A DNA stretch of 32,000 bases, from contig OY969114.1 in NCBI GenBank assembly GCA_963698035.1, positions 270,001 through 302,000 of the forward strand. The letters run 5' to 3'. This stretch comes from Candidatus Saccharimonadota bacterium (GTDB lineage Archaea; Micrarchaeota; Micrarchaeia; Micrarchaeales; Micrarchaeaceae). The position numbers and the translations under genes are program-made. Below are positions 15,975-24,374 of this stretch, piece by piece; the stretch's first letter is position 1; every line of letters starts with the position of its first letter. Below the pieces are notes generated by a model, which was not told where the DNA came from, made no database searches, and was given only the letters and a program-made list of their open reading frames with translations.

Positions 15975-16715
15975 GTGGCAATGGTAGATGAAGCCAATTT
16001 TCTTGACCTTGTTGCGTTGAGCAAGATAACTCCAGACTTGGTTGTTGAAAAATTCGGCGGAAAGATAAACTCTTCGTTTTTCGATGGGTCGAACATACTC
16101 GGATCGCTCAGGCTGAAGAACCTTGTTGACTTTACAGCAAATTTCCCTGTGCAGAGCACTATAACGGTCACCGAAACGGGGAAGCAGCTGCTCGCAGAGG
16201 CGGCAGAGAAGGCAAAACTGCCCTTCGACCTCGTAGATCTTGCGATAATAACGCAGCTGCAGGCGGGAAAGCGGACATATGTGGAGCTCGGCAATGCAGT
16301 AAACCTAAGACCCAAGGACCTTGCATTCCACATCTACAAGCTGGGCGAGCAGCAGTATGCTGTCTACGACATAAGGAATGGTAACGTAGAGATAATGCTT
16401 ACAGAGAAGGGGCTTCTGCAGGCGAAGATGGGGATGCTGCAGCAGCAAACCCAGCAGGCGCAGGGGCAGCAGATGCCACAAGCGACACAGCAGATGCTGA
16501 TGCCACCTTCACCTACAGCTACGGCGCAGCAGACCGGCATGCAAGGCGGGATGGCTGCGGCACCGCAGACCGAGACGGCCCCAAAGGAGAAGACGCTTGA
16601 GGAGATAGAAGCGCAAATAAAGCACGCCAAGAGAAGGAACATCATGCTCAGTGTAGTCGTAATCGTTGTAATTATAGCGGTAATAGCGCTGTTGTTCTTG
16701 ATGCGTGTGATATGA
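15975..16715 (+). CDS. tail-anchored membrane protein with wHTH-like domain(s) and a Gln-rich linker
   Basis: The residue ~95-160 segment DLAIITQLQAGKRTYVELGNAVNLRPKDLAFHIYKLGEQQYAVYDIRNGNVEIMLTEKG reads as helix-turn-helix plus wing. Then a Q/M/P/A-rich low-complexity stretch. The final 24 aa, IMLSVVVIVVIIAVIALLFLMRVI, form a terminal TM helix. Confidence 0.6.
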   Translation: MAMVDEANFLDLVALSKITPDLVVEKFGGKINSSFFDGSNILGSLRLKNLVDFTANFPVQSTITVTETGKQLLAEAAEKAKLPFDLVDLAIITQLQAGKRTYVELGNAVNLRPKDLAFHIYKLGEQQYAVYDIRNGNVEIMLTEKGLLQAKMGMLQQQTQQAQGQQMPQATQQMLMPPSPTATAQQTGMQGGMAAAPQTETAPKEKTLEEIEAQIKHAKRRNIMLSVVVIVVIIAVIALLFLMRVI

Positions 16716-17371
16716 ATTGGCTGGCACGAGCCACTGTGGGTGAAGGAAGCATGGTCTCTTTGATGGATTATTATAAGGCAAGAAGCATACTTGGCAGATA
16801 TGGCATAAGGAGTGCGAGGAGCGGGTATGTCTCAAGCGTGGATGCAGCTGTCTCGTTCTGGAACAGGAAAGGGAAGATAGTGCTGAAGGTCCTTTCTGGC
16901 AAGGCGCTGCACAAGTCGAGGATGGGGCTCGTCGAGTTGGACCTCGGAAGCGAGGAGGAAATATGGGCTGCGTACAAGAGGTTATCGAAAAGGGCCTCAA
17001 GGCTCAAGCCCTATAAGATAATAGCGCAGCAGATGATACCCGATGGCATTGAGATAATTGTGGGAGGGAATGTCGACCCGCAGTTCGGGAAGATGGTGCT
17101 CGTAGGCCTTGGTGGAATCTACGTTGAGGCATTCAAGGACTTTGCACTCGCACTTTGCCCGATAGACAGGCAGGAGGCGCTGAAAATGATAAGCGAGCTT
17201 CGTTCAAAGGACGTGATCGCGCCTGACAAGAAATCCGCAGATGTACTGGCAGGCCTCCTAGTAAAGGTATCAAAGATGTTCAACAATGGAAATTTCTTCG
17301 AGTTGGATCTCAACCCCGTCATACTGCACGATGGGACCTACGATGCTGTAGACCTAAGAATGCTGAGGTAA
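16712..17371 (+). CDS. acdB: acetyl-CoA synthetase (ADP-forming), beta subunit (ATP-grasp)
   Basis: ATP-grasp-type pattern: YKARSILGRYGI, VLKVLSGKALHKSRMGLVELDL, IIVGGNVDPQFGKMVLVGLGGIYVE and LDLNPV. ATGA overlap with the upstream gene. The true start may be the internal MVSLMDYY. Confidence 0.75.
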   Translation: MNWLARATVGEGSMVSLMDYYKARSILGRYGIRSARSGYVSSVDAAVSFWNRKGKIVLKVLSGKALHKSRMGLVELDLGSEEEIWAAYKRLSKRASRLKPYKIIAQQMIPDGIEIIVGGNVDPQFGKMVLVGLGGIYVEAFKDFALALCPIDRQEALKMISELRSKDVIAPDKKSADVLAGLLVKVSKMFNNGNFFELDLNPVILHDGTYDAVDLRMLR

Positions 17372-17375
17372 GATT

Positions 17376-18761
17376 ATGAAATATGCCGACCTAAAGCCAA
17401 TAATGCAACCGAAGAGCGTGGCGGTCATAGGCGCATCCGACAAGCCTGGCAAGGTTGGAAACGCGATAATACAGAACTATGTGGATGTTGGCTTCCAAGG
17501 AGAGATATACCCAGTAAACATAGCAGGCTACGACAAGGTACTGGGGTACAAGGCGTACAAAAGCGTATGTGATGTAAAGAAGCCCATCGACCTAGCAGTA
17601 ATATCGGTGCCAGCCGAGGCGGTAGTCGACTGTGTCTTGGAATGCGGAAGGGCAAAAGTAAAAGGGATTGTTGTGGTCAGCAGCGGTTTTGCCGAAGTCG
17701 GAAACACCAAACTTCAGGACAAGCTTGTTGCTGCTGCGAAAAGATATGGGATACCTCTGATAGGGCCCAACTGCCTTGGCGTGATGGATACAAGATACAG
17801 AAACGACACGTTATTCCTTCCGACATTCAAGATATCGAGGCCAAAGATAGGAGGAGTCAGCTTCGTATCGCAGAGCGGTTCTGTTGGGAGCTCTACGTTG
17901 GATCTCATAAGCAGCGAGGGATTCGGCCTCTCAAAGTTCATCTCGTATGGCAATGCTGCTGTGGTTGACGAGGTAGACATACTCAACTACCTGGCGCACG
18001 ATGATGATACGAAGGTGATAGTATTCTACATCGAAGGCGTAAATAGGGGCAAGGAATTCGTGGAGCTTGCCAAGAGCGCGACAAAGCTCAAGCCGGTGGT
18101 GATAATAAAGGGTGGCATCACGCCCCTTGGTGCAAGCGCAGCGCATTCGCATACCGCTGCTCTGGCGGGAAGCAGCGAGGCTTACAAGGCTGTATTCAGG
18201 CAGTTCGGCTTCGTGAGAGCAGAGACCCTTGAGGACCTCACCTACTTTGCAAAGATATTCGAGACGCAGCCCCCCGTCACAGGGAAAAGAATCGCGATAA
18301 TAACAAATGGCGGAGGCCATGGTGTAATCGCCACCGATGCGGTATATCAGAGCGGACTTGAGCTTGCCACTCTCTCAAAGGCGACCGAAAGAGCACTCAG
18401 GAAGGTGATGCCGCCGATAGTGAACATAAGGATGCCCCTTGACATAGGTGGCGATGCAGACTCATCCAGATTCTCTGCTGCAATGGAACTTGTCAGCCAG
18501 GATCCAAATGTAGATGCCATGATGATGATAATACTCTTCCAGACGCCCGGCGCTGACGAGAAGGCAGCGCAGGCGGTGATAAACCTCGCATCGAAAAAGG
18601 TGAAGCCTGTGGTTGTGATGAGCTCTGGTAGCAGCTACACGCAATCCCACGTTAAGCTTATAGAGGAATCGGGAGTGCCTGTTTATGAGTCTCCGGACAA
18701 TGCAACGCGCGCGTTGAGAGCGTTGATAGAATATTCAAGGTACAAGGAGGGGCTGATCTGA
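17376..18761 (+). CDS. acdA: acetyl-CoA synthetase (ADP-forming), alpha subunit (CoA-binding plus succinyl-CoA-synthetase-like domains)
   Basis: KSVAVIGASDKPGKVGN (CoA-binding Rossmann), GPNCLGV, SQSGS, and the phosphohistidine region SAAHSHTAALAGS. 461 aa. Confidence 0.85.
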   Translation: MKYADLKPIMQPKSVAVIGASDKPGKVGNAIIQNYVDVGFQGEIYPVNIAGYDKVLGYKAYKSVCDVKKPIDLAVISVPAEAVVDCVLECGRAKVKGIVVVSSGFAEVGNTKLQDKLVAAAKRYGIPLIGPNCLGVMDTRYRNDTLFLPTFKISRPKIGGVSFVSQSGSVGSSTLDLISSEGFGLSKFISYGNAAVVDEVDILNYLAHDDDTKVIVFYIEGVNRGKEFVELAKSATKLKPVVIIKGGITPLGASAAHSHTAALAGSSEAYKAVFRQFGFVRAETLEDLTYFAKIFETQPPVTGKRIAIITNGGGHGVIATDAVYQSGLELATLSKATERALRKVMPPIVNIRMPLDIGGDADSSRFSAAMELVSQDPNVDAMMMIILFQTPGADEKAAQAVINLASKKVKPVVVMSSGSSYTQSHVKLIEESGVPVYESPDNATRALRALIEYSRYKEGLI

Positions 18762-20071
18762 TGGTGAAGATAACAAAAAGGACAGAGAACGTGATAAAGC
18801 GCGATAGGAAGGTGATGTTCACGACGACCAGGCAGGAATTCCCCTTCGTTGTCGACCATGCATCAGGAGATTTCGCATATGACACAGAGGGAAACCGCTT
18901 CATAGACTTCTCGAGCTTCATAAGTGTCTATAACTTCGGCGACAATGCTAACGCGGAGATAAGGAAAGCGATAAAGGCGCAGGTAGACAGGCTCATGCAT
19001 GCAGCATTTCTGGACTACTACGCCGAGCTTCCGGTAGAATTTGCAGAGACCCTGTTAACGATGTTCCCGCGGGGCTTCGGCAGAGTCTTCTTCTCGAACT
19101 CCGGGACAGAAGCCAACGAGGACGCAATAAAGCTCGCGAAGATATTCACTGAGAAGCAGTACCTGATAGGCTTCTATGGTGGATTCCATGGAAGGTCGCT
19201 GGGGTCCCTAGGCCTTACAGCGACCAGGACGTCGCAGAGGGAGAGGTTCGGACCCTTCCCGAATGTGGTCCATTCAATTTACCCTTATCCGTACAGGTGC
19301 CAGCCGGCTGGAGATCCGGAAGAGTGCAGCAAAGTCTGCATAGACCATCTTGAGAGGAACATACTTGGAAAGGAGTGCTCGCCGAAGGAGGTAGCCGCGA
19401 TCTTCGTTGAGCCGATCCAGGGCGAGGGCGGCTATATTGTGCCGCCCAAGAGCTTCATAAAAGAGCTGAGAAGAATCTGCGATGAGAATGGCATTCTTCT
19501 TGTATCCGACGAGATTCAGTCTGGCTACATGAGGACGGGCAAGTTCCTCGCAATGGACAACTTTGGGGTTACCGCAGATATCTATACAATGGCCAAGGCA
19601 GCAGGAGGAGGCCTTCCGGTGGGAATCACGGTGGCGAGAAGTTCCTTGGGGGACACCCCCGCGGGATCTCACGCTGGCACATTCGGCGGCAACCTTGTCT
19701 CTATCGCTGCTGCAAATGCCACCATAAAGTATGTAAAGAGAAATAAGAGGAGATTGGAGGTGATGGTAAAGGAGAAAGGGAGGCACATAATGAAGAGGCT
19801 CGAGAGGATGAAGAGCCAGTATGAGATAGTAGGGGACGCGAGGGGCCTGGGAATGATGCTCGCCATAGAGCTTGTCAAGGACAAACGTAGCAAGGCACCT
19901 GCGGTAAAGGAGCGGTCAGCTGTACTGGAACGGTGCTTCCATAACGGGCTGATACTTCTCCCATGTGGCACATCCACCATAAGGATAATACCGCCGCTCA
20001 CGATGTCGGTAGAGCATATAGAAAAGGGCCTTGACATATTAGAGGATGCGATTAAATCTGAAAGCAAATAG
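18761..20071 (+). CDS. class-III pyridoxal-phosphate aminotransferase (GabT/ArgD-like)
   Basis: SNSGTEANEDAIKLAK, VSDEIQSGYMRTGK, and the PLP-lysine region YTMAKAAGGGLP. 436 aa. Start overlaps the acdA stop. Confidence 0.85.
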   Translation: MVKITKRTENVIKRDRKVMFTTTRQEFPFVVDHASGDFAYDTEGNRFIDFSSFISVYNFGDNANAEIRKAIKAQVDRLMHAAFLDYYAELPVEFAETLLTMFPRGFGRVFFSNSGTEANEDAIKLAKIFTEKQYLIGFYGGFHGRSLGSLGLTATRTSQRERFGPFPNVVHSIYPYPYRCQPAGDPEECSKVCIDHLERNILGKECSPKEVAAIFVEPIQGEGGYIVPPKSFIKELRRICDENGILLVSDEIQSGYMRTGKFLAMDNFGVTADIYTMAKAAGGGLPVGITVARSSLGDTPAGSHAGTFGGNLVSIAAANATIKYVKRNKRRLEVMVKEKGRHIMKRLERMKSQYEIVGDARGLGMMLAIELVKDKRSKAPAVKERSAVLERCFHNGLILLPCGTSTIRIIPPLTMSVEHIEKGLDILEDAIKSESK

Positions 20072-20596
20072 CTATCTTAGCAGTCTTACGTTTTTTCTCT
20101 TTTCTTTCTCAATTTTCTCTTTTTCAGTTCGGTCTAGCTCCTCTAGTGCTCCTTCTACCGCTCCAATTTGGTTGGGTCCAAGATGTACTGATATTCTCTT
20201 CGCTTTTTGATAGGCTGCCCTTGCCTGCGTGAAATCTCCAGCTCCTATGTGATCGGCTGCCTTCTCACCAAGCAATCTGAAAGCTTCTTCTGCAGCAGCC
20301 GCGGCCCTCTCCTTTCCAAGCTCTGGGTGTCTTAGAGCGTATTCCATTGCTCCTATGTATAAACCTATTGCAGTTTCACGATTCTGCCAAGAGTTCATAT
20401 GAGGATGTGCTGCGCAACCTGATCTTGCATGCAATACCTGCTCTGCAATTTCCATTTTTCTATCAAAACGTCCCTTCGGAGTTGTTGGTTCTCTCCGAGG
20501 ACTACTAAAATCTAGATCTAATATAACCTGGGTTTGTGTTCCTGTCGCTCGACCAGTTCTATTTACTTCCCACATTGAAGCAGTTCTTTCTGGCAT
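20072..20596 (-). CDS. hypothetical protein (helical, possibly TPR-like; ORFan)
   Basis: 174-aa ORF abutting the aminotransferase stop. Disordered N-terminus, helical core and K/E-rich tail. Codon usage differs from its neighbours (see findings). Confidence 0.5.
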   Translation of the reverse strand: MPERTASMWEVNRTGRATGTQTQVILDLDFSSPRREPTTPKGRFDRKMEIAEQVLHARSGCAAHPHMNSWQNRETAIGLYIGAMEYALRHPELGKERAAAAAEEAFRLLGEKAADHIGAGDFTQARAAYQKAKRISVHLGPNQIGAVEGALEELDRTEKEKIEKEKRKNVRLLR

Positions 20597-20735
20597 TTAA
20601 CCCCCCTTAAAATGGTGTCGCATCAAAATATATAAGAGTTTGCTTGGCAGCTTAAGAGAGCAAAGATTTTAATAGGTTTTAGGACAGAATATAGTAGTTA
20701 AAGGGCTGCTTCTTTCGCTCTTATCCGGTAGTTGA

Positions 20736-21158
20736 ATGCCTAACGTATACGATGTAAAAGCCTCGAAGCTTGTCAAGGCAGCGGCGGCGCAGCTCAAGGA
20801 CAAGATAAAGAAGCCGGACTACCTCAATTACGTCAAGTCGGGTGCCAACAAGGAGAGGGTGCCTTCTGATCCAGATTTCTGGTACATGAGGAGCGCATCT
20901 ATACTCAGACAGGTTTACATGAACGGACCCATCGGCGTCTCCAGGCTTAGGACGAGATACGGCTCAAGGAAGGAGCACAGCGTCCACAGGAAGCACACGG
21001 TGAAGGCAGGAGGCAGCGTGATACGCGATTCATTCCAGTCGCTCGAGAAGATAAACTTCGTGAAGAATACGAAGAGAGGCAGGATAATAACCCCGCAGGG
21101 CAGGTCATTCCTCGACAAGATTGCAAAGCAGGTAGAGGCAGGGCCGGCGCAGAAGTAG
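20736..21158 (+). CDS. rps19e: 30S ribosomal protein eS19
   Basis: VYDVKASKLV, PDFWYMRSASILRQVY, GVSRLRTRYG and GSVIRDSFQSLEK. 140 aa. Confidence 0.92.
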   Translation: MPNVYDVKASKLVKAAAAQLKDKIKKPDYLNYVKSGANKERVPSDPDFWYMRSASILRQVYMNGPIGVSRLRTRYGSRKEHSVHRKHTVKAGGSVIRDSFQSLEKINFVKNTKRGRIITPQGRSFLDKIAKQVEAGPAQK

Positions 21159-21168
21159 GGGTGTGGAT

Positions 21169-21480
21169 ATGGCTTACGATGAAGAGGAGCAGTCGAGTCA
21201 GAAGGCGCTCAGGAAAAGGCTCTCTGCTGCATTGAAGAACATGCAGATAGAACAGCAGAAGAAAGAGCTGATGAAGCAGCTGCTTGACACAAAGGCATAT
21301 GAAAGGCTGATGAACATAAGGATATCGAACCCGGAGCTCTATGCGCAGGTGATAAACCTGATCGTCTCCCTCGCGCAGACGAACAGGCTGCAGGGAAAGA
21401 TGAGCGAGCAGCAATTGCTCTCCATACTCGACAAGGTAACGTTCAGAAAGGAGACAACAATAAATTTCAAGCACAAATGA
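21169..21480 (+). CDS. PDCD5/TFAR19-like DNA-binding protein (COG2118 family)
   Basis: QQKKELMKQLLDTKAYERLMNIRISNPELYAQVINLIVSLAQTNRL. Conserved position between rps19e and rpl39e. ATG 21169 preferred over GTG 21163. Confidence 0.8.
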   Translation: MAYDEEEQSSQKALRKRLSAALKNMQIEQQKKELMKQLLDTKAYERLMNIRISNPELYAQVINLIVSLAQTNRLQGKMSEQQLLSILDKVTFRKETTINFKHK

Positions 21481-21484
21481 TGTT

Positions 21485-21643
21485 ATGACAAAGAAATCCA
21501 ACCTGAAAAAGCGGCGTCTCGGAAAGGCGCTGAAGAAGTCGAGGAAGATGCCGCTCCTGGCGGTGGTCAGGACGCACAGAAGGCTCCAGAGCAACCTCTT
21601 CGCGAGGAACTGGAGGAGGACAAAGCTGAACATAGAGGATTGA
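21485..21643 (+). CDS. rpl39e: 50S ribosomal protein eL39 (52 aa; below the ORF-track length cutoff)
   Basis: My translation: MTKKSNLKKRRLGKALKKSRKMPLLAVVRTHRRLQSNLFARNWRRTKLNIED. Expected position in the conserved cluster. Confidence 0.9.
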   Translation: MTKKSNLKKRRLGKALKKSRKMPLLAVVRTHRRLQSNLFARNWRRTKLNIED

Positions 21644-21647
21644 TGGA

Positions 21648-21980
21648 ATGGCAACCAGCAGGATGCTGTTGACGATAAACATAAGGAAGTATCTTGTTAC
21701 GCAGCCGCGCAACAAACGCGCCTATAAAGCGGCAAAGTACGTGCGCGACAGGATATCGCACTTCACGAAGACAGACATCGATAACGTAAAGATAAGCCAG
21801 GAGCTCAACTCCCTCATAGTGAAGCGGTTTTCAAAGAAGATGTCGCCCGTAAAGATGAATGTGAAGATGGAGAACGGAAAGGCCTTCGCCGAACCGTTCA
21901 TATTGGAGAAATCTGGGAAGCAGGAGGCTCCGAAGGCGGGCGGCGCAGCAAAGAAGGAGGCCGCGGCACCGAAAAAGTGA
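21648..21980 (+). CDS. rpl31e: 50S ribosomal protein eL31
   Basis: LLTINIRKYLVTQPRNKRAYKAAKYVRDRISHF, with a Lys/Ala-rich C-terminal extension. Confidence 0.88.
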   Translation: MATSRMLLTINIRKYLVTQPRNKRAYKAAKYVRDRISHFTKTDIDNVKISQELNSLIVKRFSKKMSPVKMNVKMENGKAFAEPFILEKSGKQEAPKAGGAAKKEAAAPKK

Positions 21981-21990
21981 GGATGTTGTA

Positions 21991-22662
21991 ATGGATGCTG
22001 CTAAGTGCCAAATTGAGGGCAGCGATTATATAGGGGCTTTCGCCACATCTACCGACAAGACGACATTCGTAGCCTGGAACGTAAAAGAGATCACCCGCAA
22101 GCTCGTTTCGAAGATGTTGAACACGGAGTGCATAGGCATATCCATAGGGGACACGAGCCTGATAGGCCTGCTTGCTAGGGCGAACCTGAACGGCATCGCG
22201 CTTGCCAACATAGCAACAGATGAAGAGGTGAACATTATAAAGCAGAACTGCGTGGACATAAACGTGGAGAGGATAAAGAGTGATATAAACGCGATAGGCA
22301 ACAATGTGCTCGCGAATGACAGGATAGCAATAGTGCATCCTGAGTATTCTGCAGCGGACATTAGGCAGATAGGAGATGTGCTTGGCGTAGAGGTCGTGAA
22401 GGCTCAGGCGGGCGGCTTCAACACCGTCGGAGCCAACAACATACTGACCAACAAAGGCCTTGTTATAAACAACAGGGGCACCGACGAGGAGAAAGCCGAG
22501 CTCGACAGATTCACCGGCTTCAACTCGATAAGAACGACGGCCAACAGGGGAGGCCTCAGCATAGGCCTCGGCTCGATAACCAACTCGAACGGCGTTTTGG
22601 TCGGGGACGAGACAACCGGCTTTGAGCTCACAAGGATTATAGATGCACTTAGCACAGATTGA
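21991..22662 (+). CDS. eif6: translation initiation factor 6 (aIF6)
   Basis: 223 aa with the pentein-like repeated pattern (GSDYIGAFATSTDK, SLIGLLARANLNGIAL, IGNNVLANDRIAIVHPE). Canonical position after rpl31e. Confidence 0.88.
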   Translation: MDAAKCQIEGSDYIGAFATSTDKTTFVAWNVKEITRKLVSKMLNTECIGISIGDTSLIGLLARANLNGIALANIATDEEVNIIKQNCVDINVERIKSDINAIGNNVLANDRIAIVHPEYSAADIRQIGDVLGVEVVKAQAGGFNTVGANNILTNKGLVINNRGTDEEKAELDRFTGFNSIRTTANRGGLSIGLGSITNSNGVLVGDETTGFELTRIIDALSTD

Positions 22663-22670
22663 GTGATATT

Positions 22671-22856
22671 ATGGCAGTGAAGAAGGAGCAGAATTTCATG
22701 GTCACAGGAACCATAAAAAATGAGCATAAGGGTTTCCATGTAAGCGTTCGCGCGAAGAGCGCCAGACATGCTGCTACGGTCGCAACTACGTGGCTCGGCA
22801 GCAAGCACGGACTTAGGGCTACCTCGATAGAGATAAAGGAGGTAAAGAAGGAGTAG
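22671..22856 (+). CDS. rplX: 50S ribosomal protein LX (eL20/L18Ae family)
   Basis: FMVTGTIKNEHKGFHVSVRAKSARHAATVATTWLGSKHGLRATSIEIKEVKK. ATG 22671 preferred over TTG 22659. Confidence 0.8.
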   Translation: MAVKKEQNFMVTGTIKNEHKGFHVSVRAKSARHAATVATTWLGSKHGLRATSIEIKEVKKE

Positions 22857-22864
22857 GTGATTAG

Positions 22865-23296
22865 ATGGAGGCGGGAAACAAGCAGGCGGCAAATCTGGAA
22901 GAGGAGACGTATACGCTGAGATACCTGCAGCAGCTCTACCAGAGCCAGTACGGTGCGGTATCAAGTGAGATAAACAGGGTCGTGGCGTACCTGGGCGAGC
23001 TTAACACCGCCCAAAAGACAATCGAAAGCGCGGACCAGATAGGAGGAAGGGAGGCTCTCGTCCACCTGGGTGCGAACGTCTACATGAGCGCAAAAAGCAA
23101 GAAGCTCGACAACGTGATTGTGAGCGTAGGTGGAGGCTACCTCGTGGAGAAGACGATCACGCAGGCCAAGCAGTTCCTTGCATCGAAGATTGAGCATATC
23201 ACAGAGATGTTCAACAAGCTTATCAATAACAGGAACGAGCTTGTGGGCGCGATGCAGGATGTCTCGCTAAGGCTGGAGGAGATCGGCGCAAGGTAG
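22865..23296 (+). CDS. pfdA: prefoldin alpha subunit
   Basis: Two coiled-coil arms flank beta-hairpin segments (VHLGANVYMSAK, VIVSVGGGYLVEKT). 143 aa. Canonical position before ftsY. Confidence 0.85.
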   Translation: MEAGNKQAANLEEETYTLRYLQQLYQSQYGAVSSEINRVVAYLGELNTAQKTIESADQIGGREALVHLGANVYMSAKSKKLDNVIVSVGGGYLVEKTITQAKQFLASKIEHITEMFNKLINNRNELVGAMQDVSLRLEEIGAR

Positions 23297-23303
23297 GTAT
23301 TCA

Positions 23304-24326
23304 ATGTTCGACGAGCTGAGGAAGAAGATTTCTAATGCTGTAAAGGGCTTCATAAAGAAGGAAGAGAAGGAGATCGAGAAGCCAGCAGCCCAATCGCACG
23401 ATGCAGAGCAGATGGAGATAAACCTATCGCTCGGTACGAAGATAAAGGGGGCATTTCTTGACAGCGTAAAGCTGAACGAGGCGGACATAGACAGGTTCGT
23501 AGAGGAGCTGCGCCCAGCGCTCCTCCAGTCAGACGTCTCGTACGACGCGACAGACGATTTCCTCGAGATACTTAGGGGCAAGATGTCCGAGAGCAAGTTC
23601 AAGTCGAGAAGCATAAAGGAGCAGATGGTGGAAAGCGTAAGGGAGGCGCTGCTCGAGATGCTGAACAGGGCGAAACCTGGGACCGATATAACGAATAAGA
23701 TAAAGCAAAAGATCTCGTTGGGCGAGGTTCCGGTGAGGATACTATTCCTGGGCCCGAATGGGACAGGCAAGACGACTACGATGGGGAAGATCGCGATGAT
23801 GCTGAAGAAGCAGGGCATAATGAGCTTATTCTCAGCAAGCGACACCTTCAGGGCGGCCGCGATAGAGCAGACCGAGCATCATGCCAGGGCGCTAGGCATA
23901 CCGGTGATAAAAAGCTCTTACGGGGCAGACCCGGCGAGCGTGGCGTTCGACGCAATCGCATACGCCAAGGCCCACGCCATACCGGTTGTGCTGATAGATA
24001 CCGCAGGCAGACAGGAGACCAACAAGAACCTAGTGAATGAGATGATGAAGATGGTGAGGATCTCAAAGCCGGACATTACGCTATTCATAGGAGAGAGCAC
24101 AGCGGGGAACGCGCTTGCAGGGCAGATACAGGAGTTCTCCAAGCACATGAACATAGATGGGATAGTGCTGACGAAACTTGACTGCGATGCAAAGGGAGGG
24201 AACGCCGTCTCGATAGCGCACACCACAGGCATACCGGTGCTTTTCTTTGGGGTAGGAGAGTCCTATGATGCCCTTATACCCTATACCCCGAAGTTCGTAG
24301 TCGATTCCATACTGCCGGGCGGTTGA
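23304..24326 (+). CDS. ftsY: signal recognition particle receptor FtsY
   Basis: SRP-GTPase motifs GPNGTGKTTT (G1), DTAGR (G3), TKLD (G4) and GVGE (G5). Confidence 0.92.
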   Translation: MFDELRKKISNAVKGFIKKEEKEIEKPAAQSHDAEQMEINLSLGTKIKGAFLDSVKLNEADIDRFVEELRPALLQSDVSYDATDDFLEILRGKMSESKFKSRSIKEQMVESVREALLEMLNRAKPGTDITNKIKQKISLGEVPVRILFLGPNGTGKTTTMGKIAMMLKKQGIMSLFSASDTFRAAAIEQTEHHARALGIPVIKSSYGADPASVAFDAIAYAKAHAIPVVLIDTAGRQETNKNLVNEMMKMVRISKPDITLFIGESTAGNALAGQIQEFSKHMNIDGIVLTKLDCDAKGGNAVSIAHTTGIPVLFFGVGESYDALIPYTPKFVVDSILPGG

Positions 24327-24336
24327 TTGCAATCGT

Positions 24337-24348
24337 CTTTTATAATTT
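24337..24348 (+). promoter_or_regulatory. TATA-like box (CTTTTATAATTT) ~32 nt upstream of ATG 24375
   Basis: A GGTGAGAGG purine tract lies directly before the ATG. Confidence 0.35.
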
Positions 24349-24374
24349 GCCATCTATAGCTGCGTGGTGAGAGG

